A stretch of 64,000 nt of DNA, taken from the NCBI RefSeq assembly GCF_031291615.1, contig NZ_JARLIS010000035.1; one strand, written 5' to 3'. The DNA is from Parvibaculum sp. Its GTDB lineage: Bacteria > Pseudomonadota > Alphaproteobacteria > Parvibaculales > Parvibaculaceae. Each line of letters starts with the position of its first letter. Positions within the stretch are counted from its first letter, which is position 1. The notes under the pieces are model-generated. The model saw only the letters and a list, made by a program, of their open reading frames with translations. It searched no databases and was not told where the DNA came from. The translations under genes were made by a program, and so were the position numbers. This document shows, piece by piece, positions 9,321 to 18,309 of the stretch.

Positions 9321-10121
9321 ATGAATGATGCGCTGCTGTTCGAAAAAAACGGGCCCGTGGTCACGCTGACCATCAACCGGCCGGAAAGCCGCAATCCGCT
9401 CGGCGCCGCCGACGATCCCGAGAACTTCACGGAAGCCGCGCGGCGCATCAACGCCGACCGCGATGTGCGCTGCGTCATCCTGACCGGCGCGGGCAAGGCC
9501 TTCTCCGCCGGCGGCAACGTCAAGGCGATGCGCGAAGGCTCGGAGGGCTTTGGCGGGCCCGGCGTCCATATCCGCGAGCATTACAGGAACGGCATCCACC
9601 GCATCGTCCGCTCTGTCTGGGGCATCGAAGTACCTGTCATCGCGGCGGTGAACGGCCCGGCCATCGGCCTCGGCAACGACGTCGCCTGCCTCTGCGACAC
9701 GCGCATCGCGGCCGATACGGCGATTTTCGGCGCGACCTTCCTGAAGATCGGCCTCATCCCCGGCGACGGCGGCGCCTGGCTTCTGCCCCGCATCATCGGC
9801 ATGGCGCGGGCCTCGGAGCTCCTCTACACCGGCGACACCATCGACGCGAAGACGGCCGAGAAATGGGGCCTCGTCTCCGAAGTCGTTCCTGCCGCCGAAC
9901 TGATGTCCCGCGCCCGCGCGGTCGCCGAGAAGATCTGCGGACAGGCGCCCGACGTCCTGCGCATGACGAAGCAGCTTCTGCGCCAGGGCATGACGGTTTC
10001 CTTCGACAACATCATGGAACTGTCGGCCACGATGCAGGCGCTTGCCCACCACACGGGCGACCACAAGGAGGCGCTCGACGCCTTTTTCGACAAACGCCCG
10101 GCGAACTACAAGGGCGAATAG
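9321..10121 (+). CDS. enoyl-CoA hydratase/isomerase (crotonase) family protein
   Basis: VTLTINRPESRN, ILTGAGKAFSAGGN, AAVNGPAIGLG. ATG 9321 with AAGGAG 10 nt upstream, preferred over the track start at 9288. Confidence 0.85.
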   Translation: MNDALLFEKNGPVVTLTINRPESRNPLGAADDPENFTEAARRINADRDVRCVILTGAGKAFSAGGNVKAMREGSEGFGGPGVHIREHYRNGIHRIVRSVWGIEVPVIAAVNGPAIGLGNDVACLCDTRIAADTAIFGATFLKIGLIPGDGGAWLLPRIIGMARASELLYTGDTIDAKTAEKWGLVSEVVPAAELMSRARAVAEKICGQAPDVLRMTKQLLRQGMTVSFDNIMELSATMQALAHHTGDHKEALDAFFDKRPANYKGE

Positions 10122-10239
10122 AGGCCTGTTCGACATTGAACGGGCAGGGGAGGCCGTGGACGTTGATGCGGCCCCCCATTGGCCCTAAAGTCGCGCCAAT
10201 CCGAACATACGGAACAACATTGAAAATCGGGAGAAACGA

Positions 10240-10536
10240 ATGGCCACCATCGGACTCGTCGCCACGCTGAAAATCCAGGCGGGCAAGGAAGCGGAATTCG
10301 AAGCCGTGTTCAGCGGCCTGCGTTCGCAGGTTCTCGCGAATGAAAAGGGCTGCCTGCAATATGACTTCTTCAAGTCGAAGTCCGACGGCACGACCTACAT
10401 CGTCATGGAACAGTATGCCACGCAGGCTGACCTCGACGCCCATGGCAAGACGGACTACTTCAAGGCGGCGGGCGCGAAGTTCGGCGGCCTGCTGGGCGGC
10501 GCGCCCAGCCTCGTTTTTGCCGACAAGATTGGATAA
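10240..10536 (+). CDS. antibiotic-biosynthesis-monooxygenase (ABM) domain protein / putative quinol monooxygenase
   Basis: 98 aa ferredoxin-like ABM pattern (ATLKIQAGKEAEFEAVF...GCLQYDFF...VMEQYATQADLDAH). Confidence 0.7.
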   Translation: MATIGLVATLKIQAGKEAEFEAVFSGLRSQVLANEKGCLQYDFFKSKSDGTTYIVMEQYATQADLDAHGKTDYFKAAGAKFGGLLGGAPSLVFADKIG

Positions 10537-10545
10537 GGCGACCCC

Positions 10546-11754
10546 ATGGATCTGAATTTCAGCAAGGAAGACGAAGCGTTCCGCAAGGAAGTGCGCGACT
10601 TCATCGCGGAAGCCTATACGCCGGCCATGCGCGCGAAACATGCGCGTTCCAAGCACGGCTATATCGACAAGGAAAGCCACATCCAGTGGCAGAAGTCCCT
10701 TGCGAAGAAGGGCTGGCTCGCGCCCAACTGGCCGACGGAATATGGCGGCCCGGGCTTCACCGCGTCGCAGAAGTATATCTTCGATGTGGAGATGGGCCGC
10801 GCCGGCGTTCCGCACACCGTGCCCTTCGGCCCGACCATGGTGGCGCCCGTCATCATGAAGTTCGGGACGCCGGAGCAGAAGAAGCGCTTCCTGCCCGACA
10901 TCCTCGCCACCAATGTCCTGTGGTGTCAGGGCTATTCGGAACCGGGTTCGGGTTCCGATCTTGCCTCTCTCCAGACCAAGGCCGAGAACAAGGGCGATCA
11001 CTATCTCGTCAACGGCTCGAAGATCTGGACCTCAGTGGCGCAATGGGCCGACTGGATTTTCTGCCTGGTGCGCACCTCGAAAGAGGGCAAGCCCCAGGAA
11101 GGCATTTCCTTCCTGCTGATCGACATGAAGACGCCGGGCGTCAAGGTCGAGCCGCTCGTGCTCCTCGACGGCACGCCCGCGCCTCACCAGGAAGTCAATC
11201 AGGTCTTCTTCACCGATGTGAAGGTGCCGATTGAAAACCGCATCGGCGAGGAGAACAAGGGCTGGACCTACGCCAAGTACCTGCTTGAGTTCGAGCGTGG
11301 AAACCCTTATTCGGCGGGCCTTTATCGCGCGCTGAACAAGGTGCGCAAGATCGCCGCCGACACGAAGGTCGGCGATCACACGCTGGCCGACGAGCCGGAG
11401 TTTCAGGCCGCCGCTGCCGATCTCAATGCGCAGATCGTGGCGATGGAATTCACCGAGCTTCGCATTTTCTCGGCGCTCTCGACCGGCGGCAATGTCGGTC
11501 CTGAATCCTCGCTGCTGAAATGCCGCGGCACGGAAATCCAGCAGGCCATTTCGCAGCTCGCGGTCGAAGCTGTCGGCCACTACACCATCCCCTTCGTCGA
11601 GGATGGCATGGTGGACACGAACGAGCCGCCCGTCGGCCCCGCTTACGCCTTCACCACGGCGCCTTACTATTTCTCGCTGCGCAAGGCGTCGATCTATGCG
11701 GGCTCGAACGAGGTCCAGCGCAACATCATGGCGAAAGCCGTGCTCGGCCTCTGA
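10546..11754 (+). CDS. acyl-CoA dehydrogenase, large-subunit-type paralog without an adjacent small subunit
   Basis: 402 aa, colinear with 3559-4749 and roughly half identical by eye (CQGYSEPGSGSDLASLQT, GSKIWTS, IGEENKGWTYAKYLL, AGSNEVQRNIMAK). Confidence 0.9.
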   Translation: MDLNFSKEDEAFRKEVRDFIAEAYTPAMRAKHARSKHGYIDKESHIQWQKSLAKKGWLAPNWPTEYGGPGFTASQKYIFDVEMGRAGVPHTVPFGPTMVAPVIMKFGTPEQKKRFLPDILATNVLWCQGYSEPGSGSDLASLQTKAENKGDHYLVNGSKIWTSVAQWADWIFCLVRTSKEGKPQEGISFLLIDMKTPGVKVEPLVLLDGTPAPHQEVNQVFFTDVKVPIENRIGEENKGWTYAKYLLEFERGNPYSAGLYRALNKVRKIAADTKVGDHTLADEPEFQAAAADLNAQIVAMEFTELRIFSALSTGGNVGPESSLLKCRGTEIQQAISQLAVEAVGHYTIPFVEDGMVDTNEPPVGPAYAFTTAPYYFSLRKASIYAGSNEVQRNIMAKAVLGL

Positions 11755-11759
11755 GCGAC

Positions 11760-12242
11760 ATGGCCGCGAACATCACGACAAGACAAGCGAGCGCCGGAGA
11801 CATTCCGGCGCTCGCTCGCGTTTGGCATGACGGCTGGCACGAGAGCCACGCGGCGCTCGACCCCGATGTCGCCGCGCGCCGGCCGGTCCGCTTTTTCGAC
11901 GAGCGCATAGCGACGGCCGTGCCCGACAGCGTGGTCGCCTGCGTCGACGGCGAAGTCGTCGGCTTCGCGCATTGGGAAGATGACGGGATAGGACAGGTCT
12001 TCGTGCTGCCCGCATGGCATGGCAAGGGCATCGCGCCGCTGGTGCTATCGGCGGCGGAGGCGGCTCTACGCGCCAAGGGGCACAGCCGCATCTGGCTTCA
12101 GTGCCGCAAAGGCAATAATCGCGCGCGGGCCTTTTACGAAAAACATGGCTGGGCCGTCGTCGGCGAGGTCGACCACAGCCTCGGCCACATGGAAGGCCGC
12201 AAGCCCGTCATCGTCTGGCGGCTGGAAAAATCGCTGGGTTAA
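11760..12242 (+). CDS. GNAT family N-acetyltransferase
   Basis: 160 aa from ATG 11760. QVFVLPAWHGKGIAPLVL...ARAFYEKHGW acetyl-CoA binding motif. Confidence 0.8.
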   Translation: MAANITTRQASAGDIPALARVWHDGWHESHAALDPDVAARRPVRFFDERIATAVPDSVVACVDGEVVGFAHWEDDGIGQVFVLPAWHGKGIAPLVLSAAEAALRAKGHSRIWLQCRKGNNRARAFYEKHGWAVVGEVDHSLGHMEGRKPVIVWRLEKSLG

Positions 12243-12330
12243 GGGAAATCCCCTATGCGCCGTTTTGGCGCTGGGACGGCGGCGTCCGGCGATGTAGTCT
12301 TCTTCGAAGTTGATCGGAAGAGTCGAGACC

Positions 12331-12774
12331 ATGCACACAAGGGCGACGGAGAGGATCGGTTTGACGCTGGCGGCTTTGTCGCTCGCGATCAACATCCTGC
12401 TCGCCATGGCGCATATGGGCCTCTTCGTCGAACGGCTGGGCATGAACGGCGCTGCGGCGCCTGTCTCCGCATCGGCGCCCGGCGTGACCGAGGCATCGCT
12501 GATGACTGCGCTTGCTCAGATTTGTTCCGGCCACGGTCTCACGCAGCGCGCGGGCGGCGGCGATGCCGACAAGTCCACGCCGTTTGCGTCTTGCCCGCTT
12601 TGCTTCTTCTTCGCGGCGGCGAGCCTGATTCTCGCCATGGGGAATCTTTTCCTTATTCTGCGCCGCATCTCAGCCGACAGGCTGCAACCGCTGGCGGCGT
12701 CGAGACGCCTCAGCGCCTTCCTGCAAAGCATCGCGCAGCCGCGCGCGCCTCCTTCTCATTGGATTGCCGCCTGA
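12331..12774 (+). CDS. DUF2946-like Cys/His membrane protein (copper-locus associated)
   Basis: The track start at 12310 is TTG. ATG 12331 has GGAAGAG upstream. N-terminal TM, ICSGHG and SCPLCFFF motifs, second TM. Confidence 0.6.
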   Translation: MHTRATERIGLTLAALSLAINILLAMAHMGLFVERLGMNGAAAPVSASAPGVTEASLMTALAQICSGHGLTQRAGGGDADKSTPFASCPLCFFFAAASLILAMGNLFLILRRISADRLQPLAASRRLSAFLQSIAQPRAPPSHWIAA

Positions 12775-12861
12775 CGGTCTGACGCTCTGCGTCGGAACGA
12801 AAGCAAACGGGTGCCGGCTTGTCCGGCCCCTTCGCATTCCAATTGCATGAAGGATTTTCCG

Positions 12862-13776
12862 ATGAACCGACCCTTGAAGGGGCTTTTCGCGCTCGCTTGC
12901 GCAAGTCTCGCCGCCACGCCGGCCTTCGCTCACGCGATCGCCGGCAATCGCGTTTTTCCCGCCACGATCAACACCGACGATCCGGGCGTCGCCGACGAGC
13001 TGTCGCTGCCGACCATCGACACGTTCAAGACGAGCGACGATCCGGCCGCGCGCGAGAGCGACTACGGCTTCGAATTCGACAAGACGATCACCGAGGACCT
13101 CGCGATTTCGGTCGATGGAACATGGGTGAATGTCAGCCAGCCGGGCAGCGAAACCTTGCGCGGCTTCGACAATTTCGGTCTCGGCCTGAAATATCACTTC
13201 CTGACCAATGCGCCCCACGAGCTGATGATGTCGGTCGGCCTTAATGCGGAAATCGGCGGCAGCGGCGCGGCGCGCATCGCCGACAGCTACACGACCTTCA
13301 CGCCAACTTTCTATTTCGGCAAGGGTATGGGCGATCTGCCGGACAGCCTGTCCCTGCTGCGTCCGTTCGCCGTCACGGGCAATGTCGGCTATGCGATTCC
13401 GAGCAGTAACAACAACATCGACGGTTCCGGCAATCCGAACTATCACCCCCGCGCCATGGAATATAGCGGCGCCCTCGAATACAGCCTGCCTTACCTCCAG
13501 GCCAATGTGCACGACTACGGCCTGCCGAATTTCGTCAATCACCTGACGCCCATCGTCGAATTCGCCATCGAAAAGCCGACCGCGAATTCCGACGGCGGAA
13601 CGACCGGCAATTTCTATCCGGGCGTCATCTGGTCGGGCGACACGTTCCAGGTCGGCGCAGAAGCGATTATTCCGATGAACCGCTCAAGCGGCACCGGCGT
13701 CGGCGCCATCGTCCAGCTCCACTTCTTCCTCGACGATATTCTGCCGACGACGCTCGGCAAGCCGATCTTCCAGTGA
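12862..13776 (+). CDS. secreted protein, putative outer-membrane beta-barrel (Phenol_MetA_deg/transporter-like)
   Basis: Signal peptide MNRPLKGLFALACASLAATPAFA|HA. Alternating-hydrophobicity strands and Gly/aromatic-rich segments. ATG 12862 has AAGGA upstream; ATG 12847 is an alternative. Confidence 0.55.
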   Translation: MNRPLKGLFALACASLAATPAFAHAIAGNRVFPATINTDDPGVADELSLPTIDTFKTSDDPAARESDYGFEFDKTITEDLAISVDGTWVNVSQPGSETLRGFDNFGLGLKYHFLTNAPHELMMSVGLNAEIGGSGAARIADSYTTFTPTFYFGKGMGDLPDSLSLLRPFAVTGNVGYAIPSSNNNIDGSGNPNYHPRAMEYSGALEYSLPYLQANVHDYGLPNFVNHLTPIVEFAIEKPTANSDGGTTGNFYPGVIWSGDTFQVGAEAIIPMNRSSGTGVGAIVQLHFFLDDILPTTLGKPIFQ

Positions 13777-13783
13777 GGGCATC

Positions 13784-14143
13784 ATGAAAAAATATCTGAT
13801 CCTCACTCTTCTTGCGGGCCTGACGGCGGCCTCTCCCGCCTTTGCCCATGCGCAATTGCAAAAGGCCGATCCCGCCGCGGGCTCCATGCCTTCGGCGCCG
13901 GTCGCCCATGTCGATCTCTATTACAGCGAAGAGCTGGAGCCGCATTTCTCGAAGGCGGTGCTTGCCGACGAAAACGGGAAGCCGGTCGAGGCGGTTTCCG
14001 AGGTCGATCCGAAAGACGCCAAACATCTCGTGCTGACGCCCAGGACGCCGCTCGAAAGCGGCACCTTCAGGGTCGAATGGCACGCGGTCTCCGTCGATAC
14101 GCACAAGACGCAAGGCAGCTTCCAGTTCATGGTCATGCCCTGA
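13784..14143 (+). CDS. copC: copper resistance protein CopC (periplasmic copper chaperone)
   Basis: 119 aa. Signal peptide ...AASPAFA|HAQLQKADPAAGS gives the mature N-terminal His typical of CopC. C-terminal WHAVSVDTHKTQGSFQF. Confidence 0.85.
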   Translation: MKKYLILTLLAGLTAASPAFAHAQLQKADPAAGSMPSAPVAHVDLYYSEELEPHFSKAVLADENGKPVEAVSEVDPKDAKHLVLTPRTPLESGTFRVEWHAVSVDTHKTQGSFQFMVMP

Positions 14144-15013
14144 ATGCAAACGGCACTCGTCTTCTGCATCTGGGCGCAATTCGCGGCCGCGATGCTTCTC
14201 TTCGGCGGAGGCCTGTTCCGGCTTCTGCTTGGAGGGCTCGCGGCCGCAATCGACCGCGATCTCGTCCGCGCCCTGCGCGGTGCGACGGCCGTCGCCTGCC
14301 TCTCGGCGCTCGGCTGGCTCATGCTGGAAGCGGCGAATATGGGCGAGGGCTGGTCCGACGCAATCGACCCGGCCACCGTCGAAGCTGTCCTGCGCGACAC
14401 GGATTTCGGCCATGTCTGGACGGCGCGTCTCGTCATGGCGCTGTTCCTCGTCGCCTTTGCCGTTGCGCCGGCCTCACGCCGCGCCTTCCGCTTCGGCACG
14501 GCGCTCTCGGCGCTCTTTCTCGCAAGCCTCGCGCTCACCGGCCATGCCGTCATGGATGAAGGCGTCGCGGGCACCCTGCATCCGCTGAACCAGATGGCGC
14601 ATCTCCTGGCGGGCGGCGCCTGGATCGGCGCGCTGTTGCCGCTCTGGCTCTGCCTGCGGCGCGGCGTCGAAGCCGATGCGCTGACGCTGCTCGCCGTGCG
14701 GCGCTTCGCCGGGCTCGGCTATGTCTCCGTCGCGGCGGTACTGGCAAGCGGCATCGCCAACACATGGTTTCTCATCGGCAGCGTGAACGGCCTCGTCGCC
14801 ACATTCTATGGCCGCCTCCTGCTCGTGAAGCTCGCGCTCGTCGTCGCCATGCTGGCGCTGGCGACGCTCAACCGTTTCCGCCTCGCGCCCGAAATTGAGG
14901 TTCGGCCCGTCTCACGCGCATGGCTGGTGCGAAGCGTCGTCGCCGAAATCCTGCTGGCTGTAGGCATTCTGGCTGCGGCGAGTTTCCTCGGCACCTCCGC
15001 GCCGACCATCTGA
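14144..15013 (+). CDS. copD: copper resistance D (CopD) family inner-membrane protein
   Basis: 289 aa, about 8 TM. The start abuts the copC stop (TGAATG). Conserved TGHA..D and HLLAGGAWIGALL segments. Confidence 0.85.
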   Translation: MQTALVFCIWAQFAAAMLLFGGGLFRLLLGGLAAAIDRDLVRALRGATAVACLSALGWLMLEAANMGEGWSDAIDPATVEAVLRDTDFGHVWTARLVMALFLVAFAVAPASRRAFRFGTALSALFLASLALTGHAVMDEGVAGTLHPLNQMAHLLAGGAWIGALLPLWLCLRRGVEADALTLLAVRRFAGLGYVSVAAVLASGIANTWFLIGSVNGLVATFYGRLLLVKLALVVAMLALATLNRFRLAPEIEVRPVSRAWLVRSVVAEILLAVGILAAASFLGTSAPTI

Positions 15014-15015
15014 CA

Positions 15016-15044
15016 TGAAAAAGGGGAGCCCTGAGGCTCCCCTT
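15016..15044. terminator. bidirectional Rho-independent terminator between convergent copD and the SDR gene
   Basis: AAAAA-GGGGAGCC-CTGA-GGCTCCCC-TT. On the minus strand the stem is followed by TTTTT. Confidence 0.8.
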
Positions 15045-15069
15045 GAACATTCGCCGCAAGGCGCGTTGC

Positions 15070-15975
15070 TTACTTGCCGCCCGACGCGAGCTTGAAGAAC
15101 TTGCCCGTCTGCTCGCCGCCCATGAAGAAGGGCGTGGCGTTCGAGAAGTCGGTGATCTTGCCGATATTCTCGGCGACCATTTCCGCCGTCACGCCCGACG
15201 CGCCGAGGAACACGCCTTCCGATTCCTCGATGCGTGCCGAGGCGAAAACGCCCGCGCCCGCGCAGAGGCAGACGCCGGTGGGCGCATCTTCCGAGACGAG
15301 ATAGATGACGGCAGGCGTCACCGCTTCCGGCGCGAGCATCTTCTCGGCTTCCGGCGGCATCAGGTCCGACGTCATGCGCGTATAGGCGACGGGCGCGAGG
15401 ATGTTCGCGCGGATATTGTCCTTCTGGCCTTCGAGCTTCAGCGTATTGACGAAGCCGTAGACGCCGAGCTTCGCCGCGCCGTAATTCGTCTGGCCGAAAT
15501 TGCCGTAAAGGCCGGTCGAGGAGGTCGTGACCATGATGCGGCCATAGCCCTGATCCTTCATGATCTGCCAGACGGCCTTGGTCGGCTTCACGGTGCCCAT
15601 GAGGTGCACGTCGACGACGAGCTGGAAGTCGGCGATTTCCATCTTCGTGAACGACTTGTCGCGCAGGATGCCGGCATTGTTGATCAGGATGTCGATGCGG
15701 CCGAAGGCGTCCATGGTCTGCTTGACCATGTTGGCGACGCCCGCGTCGTCGGTGACGCTGGAGCCGTTGGCGATGGCTTCGCCGCCCAGCGCCTGGATTT
15801 CGGCGACGACGGCCTTGGCCGCCTCCGAATGCGCGCCCGTGCCGTCGCGCGAGCCGCCGAGATCGTTGACGACGACCTTGGCGCCGCGACGCGCGAGTTC
15901 CAGGGCGTGGCTCCGGCCGAGGCCGCCGCCCGCGCCGGTCACAATGGCGACCTTGCCGTCAAAACGAATGCTCAT
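15070..15975 (-). CDS. SDR oxidoreductase, MFE-2-type (3R)-hydroxyacyl-CoA dehydrogenase-like
   Basis: 301 aa from ATG 15975, with GGGAGA RBS. TGAGGGLG, NNAGI, YGAAKLG (YxxxK). Overall layout resembles the dehydrogenase domain of multifunctional enzyme 2. Confidence 0.8.
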   Translation of the reverse strand: MSIRFDGKVAIVTGAGGGLGRSHALELARRGAKVVVNDLGGSRDGTGAHSEAAKAVVAEIQALGGEAIANGSSVTDDAGVANMVKQTMDAFGRIDILINNAGILRDKSFTKMEIADFQLVVDVHLMGTVKPTKAVWQIMKDQGYGRIMVTTSSTGLYGNFGQTNYGAAKLGVYGFVNTLKLEGQKDNIRANILAPVAYTRMTSDLMPPEAEKMLAPEAVTPAVIYLVSEDAPTGVCLCAGAGVFASARIEESEGVFLGASGVTAEMVAENIGKITDFSNATPFFMGGEQTGKFFKLASGGK

Positions 15976-16159
15976 GGGTGTCTCCCGTTGGTCTGTGGGG
16001 CGGGCGCAGGCACTTCGGCTCGCGGGCCCGAATGGCTCTTCGGGGGCGACTTTGTGCACAATGCCAAGGCAGGGGTCAAGGCGGGCCGGGCAGGGCCGTT
16101 GCGCGGGGGTGCGCCGCCCCTATGATGTGGGCCTCGCCATTCCGCCCTCCGGAGCCTCC

Positions 16160-17419
16160 ATGCCCTTGCTGCCCCTGCAAAGCGCCTTCGGGCTTGCTGT
16201 CCTTGTGGCCTTGGCCTGGGGCCTGAGCGAGCGGAAAAGCGCCTTTTCTCCCCGTCTGGTCCTGACCGGCATCGCGATCCAGATCGCCGTCGCCCTGCTG
16301 ATGCTGAAGCTGCCCGCCGCGCGGGAAGGGCTACTTGCCCTCAACGTCGCTGTGGACGCCTTGACCGAGGCGACGAAGGCGGGGACCGGCCTCGTCTTCG
16401 GCTATCTGGGCGGGGGCCCCGCGCCTTTTGAAATCAAGCAGCCGGCGGCGAGCTTCGTTCTCGGCTTTCAGGCCCTGCCGCTCGTCCTCGTCATGTCGGC
16501 CCTTTCGGCGCTTCTCTGGCACTGGCGCGTGCTGCCCGCGGTCACGCGCGCCTTCGCCTTCGTGCTCCAGAAGAGCATGGGCATCGGCGGCGCGGTCGGA
16601 CTCGCATCGGCTTCCACCATGTTCCTCGGCATGGTCGAGGCGCCGCTCCTCATCCGCCCCTATCTCGAGCGGCTGACGCGGGCCGAACTCTTCATGATGA
16701 TGACGGTCGGCCTCGCTTCCGTGTCGGGCACGGTCCTCGTCCTCTATGCGAGCATCCTCGAACCCGTCATTCACGGCGCGCTTGGACAAATCCTCGTCGC
16801 CTCGCTCATTTCACTCCCGGCGGGTATCACGGTCGCGCGGCTGATGGTGCCGGAAGACAAGGACTTCGCCGGAACGGGTGTCGCCCATGACGAACCGCTG
16901 ATCGAATATGAAAGCAGCATGGACGCGGTGACGCGTGGAACGATCGACGGCCTCCATCTCCTGCTCAACATTCTGGCCATGCTGGTCGTCATGGTGGCGC
17001 TGGTCGCGCTCGTGAACATCATTCTGGGCGGCCTGCCCGATCTCTGGGGCGCGCCGGTCACCTTGCAGCGCCTGCTCGGCTGGGCCTTCGCGCCGCTTGT
17101 CTGGCTGATGGGCGTGCCCTCGTCGGAAATCGGGACGGCGGGCCAGCTCATGGGCACCAAGACGATCCTCAACGAACTCATCGCCTATATCGATCTTGCG
17201 CATCTGCCCGCAGGCGCGCTCAGCCCGCGCTCCACGCTCATCATGGTCTATGCGATGTGCGGCTTTGCCAATCTGGGCAGCGTCGGCATTCTGATCGGCG
17301 GGCTGACGGCGCTCGCGCCCTCGCGCCGCTCCGACATCGTGAAGCTCGGCACGCGCGCCATCGTATCGGGCACGCTTGCGACCTCGATGACCGGCGCGGT
17401 GATCGGGCTAATTGCTTGA
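16160..17419 (+). CDS. NupC/NupG-family (CNT) nucleoside transporter
   Basis: 419 aa from ATG 16160, with GGAG upstream. GTGLVFGYLGG, FQALPLVLVMSAL, GFANLGSVGILIGGL. The upstream part of the track ORF is antisense shadow. Confidence 0.8.
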   Translation: MPLLPLQSAFGLAVLVALAWGLSERKSAFSPRLVLTGIAIQIAVALLMLKLPAAREGLLALNVAVDALTEATKAGTGLVFGYLGGGPAPFEIKQPAASFVLGFQALPLVLVMSALSALLWHWRVLPAVTRAFAFVLQKSMGIGGAVGLASASTMFLGMVEAPLLIRPYLERLTRAELFMMMTVGLASVSGTVLVLYASILEPVIHGALGQILVASLISLPAGITVARLMVPEDKDFAGTGVAHDEPLIEYESSMDAVTRGTIDGLHLLLNILAMLVVMVALVALVNIILGGLPDLWGAPVTLQRLLGWAFAPLVWLMGVPSSEIGTAGQLMGTKTILNELIAYIDLAHLPAGALSPRSTLIMVYAMCGFANLGSVGILIGGLTALAPSRRSDIVKLGTRAIVSGTLATSMTGAVIGLIA

Positions 17420-17442
17420 GAAATTGAAACCGGGAGGGACCG

Positions 17443-18054
17443 ATGAAGCTCTACAACGAAAACATGCCCGCGCCGAACCCGCGCCGGGTGCGCATCTATC
17501 TCGCCGAAAAAGGCATCGAGGTGCCGCTCGTCCGCATCGACATGATGAAGCGTGAACACAAGGCGCCCGAATTCATGGACAAGAATTCGCTCGGCCAGGT
17601 GCCCGCGCTTGAGCTCGACGACGGCACGGTGATTGCCGAAAGCGTCGCGATCTGCCGCTATTTCGAGGCCCTCAATCCCGAGCCGGCGCTCTTCGGCCGC
17701 ACGGCGCTTGAACAGGCGCAGATCGACATGTGGATAAGGCGCGGCGAATTCATCGTCATGGGGCCCATCGGCAATTTCTGGCGTCACGCCCATCCGCGCA
17801 CGGCGAAGCTCCTCAAGCAGTTCAACGACTTCGGCGAGTCGAACCGCGAGGCGGCCGCCCGCTCGATGCACTGGCTCGACCGCGAGCTCGAAGGCCACGA
17901 CTTCATCGTCGGCAACGACTTCAGCGTCGCCGACATCACCATGCTGTGCACCGTCGATTTCGGCAGCTTCATCGGCCTTGGCATTCCGGACGACTGCGCC
18001 AACCTGAAGGCCTGGCATGCCCGCGTCTCCGCCCGGCCGAGCGCGGCGGCCTGA
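17443..18054 (+). CDS. glutathione S-transferase
   Basis: 203 aa. N-terminal thioredoxin-like GST domain (GQVPALELDDGTVIAESVAICRYFE). GGGAGGG RBS. Confidence 0.85.
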   Translation: MKLYNENMPAPNPRRVRIYLAEKGIEVPLVRIDMMKREHKAPEFMDKNSLGQVPALELDDGTVIAESVAICRYFEALNPEPALFGRTALEQAQIDMWIRRGEFIVMGPIGNFWRHAHPRTAKLLKQFNDFGESNREAAARSMHWLDRELEGHDFIVGNDFSVADITMLCTVDFGSFIGLGIPDDCANLKAWHARVSARPSAAA

Positions 18055-18065
18055 AGGAGTTAGAT

Positions 18066-18099
18066 GGCGGCGTCCATGGGGTACGGGCTGGACGCCGCC
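18066..18099 (+). terminator. GC-rich hairpin after the GST gene (terminator-like, no U-tract)
   Basis: GGCGGCGTCCA-N12-TGGACGCCGCC, an 11-bp stem 12 nt after the stop codon. Confidence 0.35.
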
Positions 18100-18309
18100 A
18101 AGACGAGTCTCCCCGCACCCGATGAAAGTCCCGGAGAGAGGCGTCACCGATGGGCCCTGGGGGGCTTCCCGGTAATGTGGACATTGAAGGAATGCACCTG
18201 AACGCCGGCTGAAGGCCTTGCTCATTCACCGTTGCTCTTTCCGCCGGGCAGATAGTACATTCACTTTACTACTTTGAGGCGGAGGCCAGACACCGGGGAG
18301 GGTGGCTGA

